From: Oopsacas minuta
Lineage: Eukaryota; Animalia; Porifera
Length of the DNA stretch: 64,000 nt
Assembly (NCBI GenBank): GCA_024704765.1
Contig: JAKMXF010000011.1
Coordinates: 789,557-853,556 of the forward strand
Direction of reading: 5' to 3'
Shown: positions 36,174 through 44,733 of the stretch, piece by piece
Position numbering within the stretch: the stretch's first letter is position 1
Layout: each line of letters begins with the position of its first letter
The notes under the pieces: generated by a model
What the model saw: only the letters and a program-made list of their open reading frames with translations
What the model was told of the DNA's origin: nothing
Database searches by the model: none
Made by a program: the position numbers and the translations under genes

Positions 36174-38222
36174 TTAAATATTAGAATCGTTAATTATAGA
36201 TAAAGACTCGTGTATATGATCTATTGTAATCAGGCCTTGGTCACTTAATTGGATAAGATGAGCTAAAAAGTTATTTGTAAGTGATTGTTCGCGGATTATT
36301 TCACGGTGTTTTTTCGCGAATTCACTGCATATTACAGCTATATGACAGTCGCCGACTACTTTTTTCTGTATCATATAAATATTCCATAACTTCATTATTT
36401 CCTTTTCATCGCGATTAACATCTGTAAAATCGTTTATTAGCTTTTTTGTTTGTGAAAGTAACCATTCATTATTATCATCTTCTGAATCGGAATTAATCTC
36501 ACTTGGGAGGATTGGATGACATGTACGTGAGTGAAAAAAGACGCGATCCATTCCTAAGAATTGTTGACAATCGTCGTCGAAAGATCTGATAAATTCCGTG
36601 ATATTTTCTTCTCTTATTCTCCCTCTAGCTGAATAATGTATAATACTAGTGTAAGGTCTTCTTCGTATAGGCCCGAACCTCCATAATGCAATACCTTGTC
36701 TCCCAAGCTCCTTTGGATCACCGAAAAACGATCCATCATATTCACTATTAACTCTCACGTCAACAACCGTTAAATTGTCAGATGGAATGTACCGAAAATC
36801 GAGTCGAGGATGTGTTGAATTTAAATGTTGTAGTAAGCTATAATCATGGGTGCATACAAGCGAACATAACGGGCATTCGAATCTTGAATTTTGCTGGGTT
36901 TGTTGGTATGTGTTAGACTCGTATATAAAGTTGTATATTGTTGGTGTGTTTGTTAGTTGATCAGTTAATTTAGCTTGTTTATTATGTGGGGTTTCTGTAT
37001 TATTATTCGCGATATTATTGCGCTTTTGTATAGCGCGTGTTAATGGTGTGGAAATGTCAGTGAGATCACGAGTTGTTGGGGGATCATTTGTCCAGGAGAG
37101 AGCGAATGAAAGAGAACAGCGGATCAGTTTCGGAGAATCTTGGTCAGTTGAAGTTTCACTCTCTGGAACGGAAAAGTATACTTCGTATTTGCCCTTCTTC
37201 AGCAAACAGTTTTCACTTTTATTATTAAATAATTTCAATTCAACAATATTATTGGAAGATTTAGGATAAAGATTTCGTATTTTGTCAAGCAAAATATCTG
37301 TTTTTTGCTTAGAAATACTCTCTATTGCTTTTGGATTGGGGCATTGACTACTTTTCTGTTTGGAAATATTGATTGTGTTCTGAGATTTCTGGGGCGTGGA
37401 ACGTGAACGATTTTTGGAACGAACTAACTTTGTTCGTTTCGTTGGTTTTTGGTATGAGTTTGTTTCTATTTCTTTCCGTTTCTTGCTATTACTTTGCCTT
37501 TCGTCAGAATTATTGTGTTCAGATTTTACTTTTGAATAAGATTTGTTCGGTATTACTTCTCCATTGCTTTGTTTAACTGATTTGACTGGAGTCAGGTCGA
37601 TCTCATTTTGAGTTATGATTTCAGTGTCATATTCTTGAGTAGAATGACTAGAAATAGCTGTTTGAGGTAGTCTTTTTATTGAAAATATTAATGAAGTTTG
37701 TTGTAATATGGGAACTGAATGAGTTTTCAAACTTTTAAATGGGATAGTTAGGGGAATAGTGTTCTCGCTATCTTTTGGTAGAAATGAGAAAGTGCCCAGA
37801 TTAATATTCTCAAATTTTGCGGGCGAGTTATCTGGCCGTTTCAGAGCCAAAGTGGCCTCCCAAATTGTGTCTTCAGTCCATTCTGAGTCTGTTTGGTTTG
37901 TTATTGAAAAGTTATTAAAATTGATTTTCAAACAAGAATCTGAATGTCTATCATGTTCAATTATTTCCGTTTCATCACGACAATATTCTAAAATTTCACC
38001 TAAGTTAAACTTTGACCTTGAAGGGATAGTCCTTGGGTTGTCATTCTGTCTTCGCATATAAGAGAGATTCCGGTTAAGGAAGATAGGTTGCTCTAAGAAA
38101 CGTTCTCTTAACACGCGGTATATTTGTGCTGGCCTTTCAAACGAGCTTAGAAACTTTTCATAATCCTTTTGTAGATGTACATGTAACTTTGAATTCACAT
38201 GATTGTTACCTATAAATTCCAT
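36174..38222 (-). CDS. SUZ12: Polycomb repressive complex 2 subunit SUZ12
   Basis: FERPAQIYRVL...PIFLNRNLSYM; C2H2 finger CPLCSLVC...LLQHLNSTHP; VEFS box RVFFHSRTCHPI...DSEDD..EWL...DFTDVNRDEKEIMKLWN. Confidence 0.93.
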   Translation of the reverse strand: MEFIGNNHVNSKLHVHLQKDYEKFLSSFERPAQIYRVLRERFLEQPIFLNRNLSYMRRQNDNPRTIPSRSKFNLGEILEYCRDETEIIEHDRHSDSCLKINFNNFSITNQTDSEWTEDTIWEATLALKRPDNSPAKFENINLGTFSFLPKDSENTIPLTIPFKSLKTHSVPILQQTSLIFSIKRLPQTAISSHSTQEYDTEIITQNEIDLTPVKSVKQSNGEVIPNKSYSKVKSEHNNSDERQSNSKKRKEIETNSYQKPTKRTKLVRSKNRSRSTPQKSQNTINISKQKSSQCPNPKAIESISKQKTDILLDKIRNLYPKSSNNIVELKLFNNKSENCLLKKGKYEVYFSVPESETSTDQDSPKLIRCSLSFALSWTNDPPTTRDLTDISTPLTRAIQKRNNIANNNTETPHNKQAKLTDQLTNTPTIYNFIYESNTYQQTQQNSRFECPLCSLVCTHDYSLLQHLNSTHPRLDFRYIPSDNLTVVDVRVNSEYDGSFFGDPKELGRQGIALWRFGPIRRRPYTSIIHYSARGRIREENITEFIRSFDDDCQQFLGMDRVFFHSRTCHPILPSEINSDSEDDNNEWLLSQTKKLINDFTDVNRDEKEIMKLWNIYMIQKKVVGDCHIAVICSEFAKKHREIIREQSLTNNFLAHLIQLSDQGLITIDHIHESLSIINDSNI

Positions 38223-38285
38223 GCTGCAAACAAGAATATAAAATCATCGAAATTTCGTATACGAAGAAATATGGATATATACGTA

Positions 38286-38423
38286 TAGTGGAGTCCGCCT
38301 ATTAGTAAATCGTATTTTGCATGAATTTTCCTTGCCAATTCGCGAATTTCCTTTCCCCCCAAATAATTTCCTGAAAATTGCTATTTATTGATGTAAAATT
38401 ATTGTAATTCGCGAACTCCACTA
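38286..38423. mobile_element. MITE family B' (TAGTGGAGT TIR)
   Basis: TAGTGGAGTCCGCCTATTAGTAAATCGTATTTTG ... GCGAACTCCACTA; relatives at 52824..52945 and about 56155..56254. Confidence 0.75.
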
Positions 38424-38555
38424 ATAATGTAATATTAACGATAAATAATGTTACATTACAGGGGAACTGTGAACTACAGAATTTGCTGAATAAAAATAAT
38501 AGTGAATATCTGTATGAATATGATACACCAATCGTAAATATTATTCTCTGAAGTA

Positions 38556-40523
38556 TCATATTGGTGATAATAGTATCTTCATAGGATGTTTCGGTTTTAA
38601 CAAAATATTCGGTTCATACTCCATTTCTTCAGGGAAATCTCTGGGTAATGCCAAATTAAAACGTGTTAAAATCCGCGCAATAACATAATTCAACTCGTGT
38701 AGAGCCATAATCTGTCCAATACAATTTCTAGAACCAGCTGAGAATGGTATATAACTGAATGGTACAATCTTATCAATATTATCCTCAGAGAATCTGTATG
38801 GATTAAATTCACTTGGATTATCCCATACATTAGGATTGTTATGCATATGATTAATTCCTATTATAACCATGTAACCAGCTGGGAGAGCGTGTCCACCCAA
38901 CTCAGCTGATTCGGGTGATTTACGAATTATGGAAGTTACAGGGGGATACATGCGTAGAGATTCTTTGATACACATTGATAGGAACTTTAGATTTGATATT
39001 GACGACTTGTCTAGTGCTTTAATACCATCACAAACTAATGGAAAATATAATATAAAGACTAGATACAGTCATGCTAGTCAACTCCCCGTTATATCGAAGC
39101 TCAAGAAACCCGCATAATTCGATATAGGAGGATGTATCCATACTCGATATAGCGGGAGTTGACTGTATTTCAATATTGTACACTGAAGATAGGGAGAAAT
39201 CGCGAATTTTTAACAACAGTGTATTTCGAATTATTTAAGCACAAAAAAGTTGTCTAACATTTAAAAACTTCCTGTCTACACATGTCCTGATAATTAGTGT
39301 GTTTAGCTAGCAGATACAGTGTCCATGTAAGAGCTGTAGCAGTAGTATCATGTCCCTCAAATACAAACGTATCTACTTCATCTCTAATCTCTTCATCAGT
39401 TAATGTGGGATTAGAAGCATGTAGGAGAATATCCAGGAAATCTCTGAAAGAATTATACTTAGTGATTATTCGAATTTAGTAGGAAACTTTAAAACCACAA
39501 AAGCAAGCGCCTAGAGTCTTATTATATAGTAGTCATAGATATTGTCAAGGATATTGAATCTGACGATAGGCTAGCTGTTCCCAACCCATTTCACCAATCT
39601 TAACACATTCTCTGGACCCCCTGCCGTCGACCGTAGACCACCAAGGGCCAATAGACTCCAGGGTGGGAACCGCTAGAATAGACGAATTATAAACTAGATA
39701 ATAACCTGTAATTTGATTCTCGATAATTATGACTTTGTCCCATTAAACGTTTCCTCTCTAAAATAACATCATAAGTAAACTGCTTAGCTCTCTTACAAGT
39801 TAAATCAAATTCTCTTCCCAATTGTGTTCGATTAAAAATATAATTAAAATAGTACTTTTCAGGGTATCTAACACGAGTTAATACTATTCTAGTGAGAGCT
39901 GCTACATCTTGAACATATTGCAGTTGTTCTCGTTGAATTTGGCAGTCAGTCTTTACAGAGCAAATACACTGCAATATAATATCAAGAGTTAGATAGGGAA
40001 TCCATTCTTGTAGTACTACATGATCAGCTGATTGTATTGCCCATAGGTCTAACATTACATCTACACATTCTGAATATACAGCAAAGAATCCGTCTAGGAT
40101 TTGGTAATGGAAAGCTGGTGTTAATAGTTTTCTATGTCGAAACCATTTATCACCTTTAGATGTTAATAATCCATCTCCTATCCATTTGAAGAAGTTCGAA
40201 TAAAATGGACTTTTTGGGTAATTTTCATTGATTATAGTTTTCACAGAATCTGGATGTGAGACGAGTAAATTCATGACAGGACCCGTAGCAAACCGGCATA
40301 ACTTCGGTTGCTTCCAAGAAAGTTTCTTTCGAAAATTGAATAGCGTGTTAAAATCGTTCGCACTTTCATCTTCAACTATTTGTGTACCGCTGAGTAAGCC
40401 ACGTAATGGAGGTCCAGGTAATGAACGCATATAGAAATAAGCTCTTATAACTTTAATTATTCTGTACGTTAAATATGAACACATTATTGTCAGGAATGTA
40501 GCGATAATCAAAGTTAGAGTCAT
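38556..40523 (-). CDS. Cytochrome P450, CYP4 clan, copy A, 3 exons, 493 aa
   Basis: Exons 40523..39706, 39443..39259, 39034..38556. N-terminal TM anchor, [66 protein letters not shown]. Confidence 0.95.
39075..39165. mobile_element. MITE family A copy (short)
   Basis: TAGTCAACTCCCCGTTATATCGAAGCTCAAG ... GCGGGAGTTGACTG-TA, CYP copy A intron 2. Confidence 0.8.
39572..39675. mobile_element. hAT (Charlie-like) MITE
   Basis: TIR TAGCTGTTCCCAACCC ... GGGTGGGAACCGCTA; resembles the CAGTGGTTCCCAAC terminus type; CYP copy A intron 1; TSD degenerate. Confidence 0.65.
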
Positions 40524-40610
40524 GGCTAATTATACGAGAAGTGTAAAAATGAAATATCATAAAAATTACAACTAATTTACCGAAAATAACAAAAGTAAAA
40601 TTTCGACAAA

Positions 40611-42418
40611 TTAAATTGGTGAAATGTCTATCCTCAATGGTAACTTAGGTTTAAGTAAAATATTCATTTGAAACTCTATTTCTTCTGGAGAGTCTTTAGG
40701 TAATGCCAAATTAAAACGTGTTATAATCCGCGCAATAACATAATTCAACTCGTGTAGAGCCATAATCTGTCCAATACAATTTCTAGAACAAGCTGAGAAT
40801 GGTATATAACTGAATGGTACAATCTTATCAATATTATCCTCAGAGAATCTGTATGGATTAAATTCACTTGGATTATCCCAGATATCACTATGGTTATGCA
40901 TTTGGTAAATTCCAATTGTAGTGAGTAACCCAGCAGGTAGTTTATGACCTGCTACGGTAGATGGCTTAGCAGGACATCTTGATATATTTATAACTGGTGG
41001 GTAGAGACGTAAAGATTCTTTTATACACATTGGAAGGAAAATTAATGAGGTAATTGTTGATTTTGTTATTGATGAATTTCCATCCAAAACTAAAAGATCT
41101 TTGAAGATAAAATATTTTCAAAATACAGTCAACTCGGGTTATATAGAAATACCCGCTTATTTCCTAAGTCTGAAATTATACAAATCAGTTATATCGAACT
41201 CCGCGTATATCAAAGTAATTATCGCGGGTTTCTTGAGCTTCTATATAACGGGAGTTGACTGTTAACAAGTTGTCTAACATTTAAAAACTTCCTGTCTACA
41301 CATGTCCTGATAATTAGTGTGTTTAGCTAGCAGATACAGTGTCCATGTAAGAGCTGTAGCAGTAGTATCATGTCCCTCAAATACAAACGTATCTACTTCA
41401 TCTCTAATCTCTTCATCAGTTAATGTGGGATCAGAAGCATGTAGGAGAATATCCAGGAAATCTCTATACAAAACATATGTATTCATTACATGAGATTTCA
41501 GTAAAAATAATTAAAAATATATTGTAACTTCCACAAATGAGGTGCTAGGTAACCCGAAAAATGCTACCCTGTTTCCCCGTTTGTAGAGGTTTTACTGTAC
41601 CTATATTTGCTATTTTGTCCACTATCGCCATTTTCTAATTGACGTTTCCGAGCTAGAATTATTTCGTAAGTAAATTGTCTAGCCCTCTGACGAACTTCTA
41701 TAAACTCTCTCCCCAGCTGACTACGATTAAATATGAAGTCATAATAATACTTCACAGGTTGTCTGAACCTCAGTATAGTTATACGAGTTAGAGAAGCTAC
41801 ATCTTGAACATATTGCAGTTGTTCTCGTTTAATTTGGCAGTCAGTCTTTACAGAGCAAATACACTGCAATATAATATCAAGAGTTAGATAGGGAATCCAT
41901 TCTTGTAGTACTACATGATCAGCTGATTGTATTGCCCATAGGTCTAACATTACATCTACACATTCTGAATATACAGCAAAGAATCCGTCTAGGATTTGGT
42001 AATGGAAAGCTGGTGTTAATAGTTTTCTATGTCGAAACCATTTATCACCTTTAGATGTTAATAATCCATCTCCTATCCAATCTTGGATTAATTTGTATGT
42101 TGAATGTTTAGGGAAATTCTCGTTAAAAATAGCCTTTACAGATTCAGGGTCAGAACACAGGACCTGTATCATAGGACCAATTGCAAAACGACATAATTTC
42201 GGGTATTTTGATATCCATTTCTTCCTGAATTCTAATGTCTGATTCAAATCATTATTCGACTCTTGCAAAGGGAAGGAATTGCCGCGTAGAAGGCTTGGTA
42301 TTGGTGGACCAGGTAGAGAACGGAGGTAGATATAGTTACGTGTGGATTTGGCAAGTTTGTATATGATATAAGATAACAGGATAATCAGAATTGTGTATAC
42401 AATGGTAGTCCATGGCAT
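40611..42418 (-). CDS. Cytochrome P450, CYP4 clan, copy B, 3 exons, 493 aa
   Basis: Exons 42418..41601, 41463..41279, 41089..40611, same lengths as copy A. Same motifs, but the heme loop reads [11 protein letters not shown]. Confidence 0.92.
41126..41261. mobile_element. MITE family A copy
   Basis: TA-CAGTCAACTCGGGTTATAT ... ATATAACGGGAGTTGACTG, CYP copy B intron 2. Confidence 0.8.
41519..41599. mobile_element. MITE family C copy abutting the CYP copy B intron-1 donor
   Basis: Right end TTTGTAGAGGTTTTACTG-TA; core CCGAAAAATGCTACC shared with 31349..31418. Confidence 0.65.
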
Positions 42419-42656
42419 AGCTACTATTATGAGTTAATTATTAAGATATGTATACAAGCAATTGAATTGTTATAATGGAGGGCAACCAATTTCACCCTCT
42501 ATACAATTTATAAGTGGACCTCCTATATACTGCAATACAAATTTAGAGATCACGTGGACTCCTGCTGTCCTCAGTTGACCACCAATGGATCAATAACTAT
42601 TACATCAAAAGATAAATTACACATAAATTCAAGCTCATTTACACACTCAAATATTT

Positions 42657-42714
42657 CCTCAAAACATCAGAATAAAATGCTAGAATTTTTACACTATATT
42701 CTTCACAAATAAGG
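42657..42714 (-). promoter_or_regulatory. SECIS element of selenoprotein gene 1
   Basis: Minus strand CCTTATTT-GTGA-AGAATATAGTGT-AAAAATTCTA-GCATTTTATTC-TGAT-GTTTTGAGG: UGA/GA kink-turn core, about 12-bp upper helix, apical adenines, lower helix. Confidence 0.85.
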
Positions 42715-42776
42715 CATATACAAGATGAGTAATAAACTAAAGAACATGCTAATATCCAGCTAGAACAATTTTAATG

Positions 42777-43073
42777 TTAAGTACATTCTTTCTTGATTTC
42801 AGCAATAATGCCAAGTAGTTCTGTTTCGTTCGGGAATCTATTTTCATTTTTCTTCTTGCTGTAAATAACCCTTCCTTTCACAAGTATAACAAAGTTCCCT
42901 GTGATAAATTTATCAGGTTTACACCCTACAGAAACACTGGCAAGTTCAGGGTGTTTCAAAAGGTCATTTTTGAACTCCCTGTACTTGCCAGAATAACCTC
43001 AGGCAACACAGTATTCTACAATTACATCAGCGTTTGGATTTTCATCTGATTGACTACTCATTAATCCACCCAT
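42777..43073 (-). CDS. SelW/Rdx-family selenoprotein, copy 1, 98 aa (Sec at codon 25, TGA 43001..42999)
   Basis: MGGLMSSQSDENPNADVIVEYCVA-U-GYSGKYREFKNDLLKHPEL...TGNFVILVKGRVIYSKK...RFPNE: CxxU motif, Rdx fold pattern, downstream SECIS. Confidence 0.92.
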
Positions 43074-43229
43074 TACTTAAAATCTAATTGTATAAAAAAA
43101 CATTAGCAAACTGTCGTTCAAAAATTACGTAACGCTACAAGGGGTGGTATGCGGGGAAATAATGAATATATGAATAGACACACTCAGCTATTTATAATTT
43201 CAAGCTCATTTAGAAACACTCAAATATTT

Positions 43230-43290
43230 CCTCAAAAATATCAGAATAAAATGCTAGAATATTTACATCAAATTCATCATAAATAGAGGC
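43230..43290 (-). promoter_or_regulatory. SECIS element of selenoprotein gene 2
   Basis: Minus strand GCCTCTATTT-ATGA-TGAATTTGATGT-AAATATTCTA-GCATTTTATTC-TGAT-ATTTTTGAGG. Confidence 0.85.
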
Positions 43291-43344
43291 AGATATAAGA
43301 GTATAAACTAATGAAACATGATAAATTCCAGTTAGACCTATTTA

Positions 43345-43644
43345 TTAAGTGCGAATCAATTCTTTCTTGATTTCAGCGACAATACTCAGAAGATCTTTTT
43401 CATCTGGGAACCTATTGTTATTCTTCTTGTCGAATATTACCCTTCCTTTGACACGCACGATAAAGTCTCCTGTCCCTCTTCTATCAGCTATGCCCCCTAC
43501 AGAAATGCTGGCAAGTTCAGGGTGTTTCAAAAGTTCATTTTTGAACGCCCTGTACTTGCCAGAATAGCCTCAGCTACCACAGTATTGTACAGTGACATCT
43601 GCATTGGGATTGTTACCACACTCACAGCTCATTTTCCCTCCCAT
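43345..43644 (-). CDS. SelW/Rdx-family selenoprotein, copy 2, 99 aa (Sec at codon 25, TGA 43572..43570)
   Basis: MGGKMSCECGNNPNADVTVQYCGS-U-GYSGKYRAFKNELLKHPEL...TGDFIVRVKGRVIFDKK..RFPDE; CxxU; SECIS downstream. Confidence 0.92.
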
Positions 43645-43686
43645 TCTAATAACAACTAATTGAATAGTAAAAAATAGTAAATTTTA

Positions 43687-43788
43687 CAGTCAACTCCCGT
43701 TATACCAAAGCTCAAGGGACCGCGGTAATTGCTTCGATATAAGCGGGTATTTCGATATATCCGTGTTCGGTATAACGAGGGTTGACTA
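43687..43788. mobile_element. MITE family A copy (short)
   Basis: TA-CAGTCAACTCCCGTTATACC ... GGTATAACGAGGGTTGACTA, between selenoprotein genes 2 and 3. Confidence 0.85.
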
Positions 43789-43851
43789 TACATATATGAT
43801 AAATATTCATAATTCTATTATAAATAAATAAAACAAAAAAGCTTTGAACTA

Positions 43852-43918
43852 AATTCCTGAAAAATCAGATTCAAATAGGAAAACACTTTACATTTGAATC
43901 GTCATAATAATAGGTGAA
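43852..43918 (-). promoter_or_regulatory. SECIS element of selenoprotein gene 3
   Basis: Minus strand ATTATT-ATGA-C-GATTCAAAT-GTAAAGTGTTTTCCT-ATTTGAATC-TGAT-TTTTCAGG: perfect 9-bp helix above the UGA/GA core, AAA in the loop; begins right after the stop codon. Confidence 0.85.
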
Positions 43919-44212
43919 TTAGTTCTTAGCTAAACTAGGAATTTCATCTTTAATCTGTGCTACAATCCTAACGGTATCTTCCTCAGTCGGGAATCTACCC
44001 TCCATATCTTGTCTACTCCAAACTATTTTCCCGTTAACTTCAACTTTAAAAGCATCTACAGCATCAATTTGTCTACCGATAACATTAACGCGGTTTTCCT
44101 TGAGGTTTTCCATTAAGTTCGCTTTCAATAAAGAGAACATGAAGAGAGAACCTCATCCCTGATTGTAAATAATCGCTACTTCAACTCTATTCACACTGTT
44201 TGTATTTCCCAT
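43919..44212 (-). CDS. SelW/Rdx-family selenoprotein, copy 3 (divergent, NxxU), 97 aa (Sec at codon 20, TGA 44155..44153)
   Basis: MGNTNSVNRVEVAIIYNQG-U-GSLFMFSLLKANLMENL...AFKVEVNGKIVWSRQDMEGRFPTEED; aligns with copies 1-2 at Y-x-x-x-U-G, F.V.V.G, RFP. Confidence 0.85.
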
Positions 44213-44733
44213 TATAATAATTGAAAATTTTGGAATTATTATGAATTGGATTTAATAGCCTAATTATCTTAAATGGTTCTCAAATGACAGTGTATACTGA
44301 AAATACAGTATGACTAAACCTCAAGGCAGTGGGGGAAGGAATTTCTATATTCTAGACAAGATATCAGAGATTAGAGGTTGATAATTAGAATTTATCTAAC
44401 CTAATTCGAACAAAAGGAAATTCGTAACCAACCACTATTCACTTTGCTCGTCCCAAAAGACTTTTAGTCGCCAATTCGTAAGTAGATAAGTCTGTGGTGG
44501 GTGTAGTTATCAAATTTCACACAATAGAATTGATGGGTAATTAATTAGATTAAATGAAATGATATGACTTGGCAGATGATAATAATTCATAAAGTAATTG
44601 CTTAGATTAAGTGTACGGGCATTTTGAATAGCGGGTTTGTACGGAGATACCTGATAGGCATTTTCCTTACTAGAAAGTGCCATTTCTTATAAATGGGTTG
44701 AAAAATACCTAAATTAAATCGAATAAATTGAGG

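Noticed and set aside
43105-43155. Harbinger-like MITE end fragments (also near 1785..1860 and 15860..15895)
   Set aside because: Only single eroded ends; boundaries and family cannot be supported.
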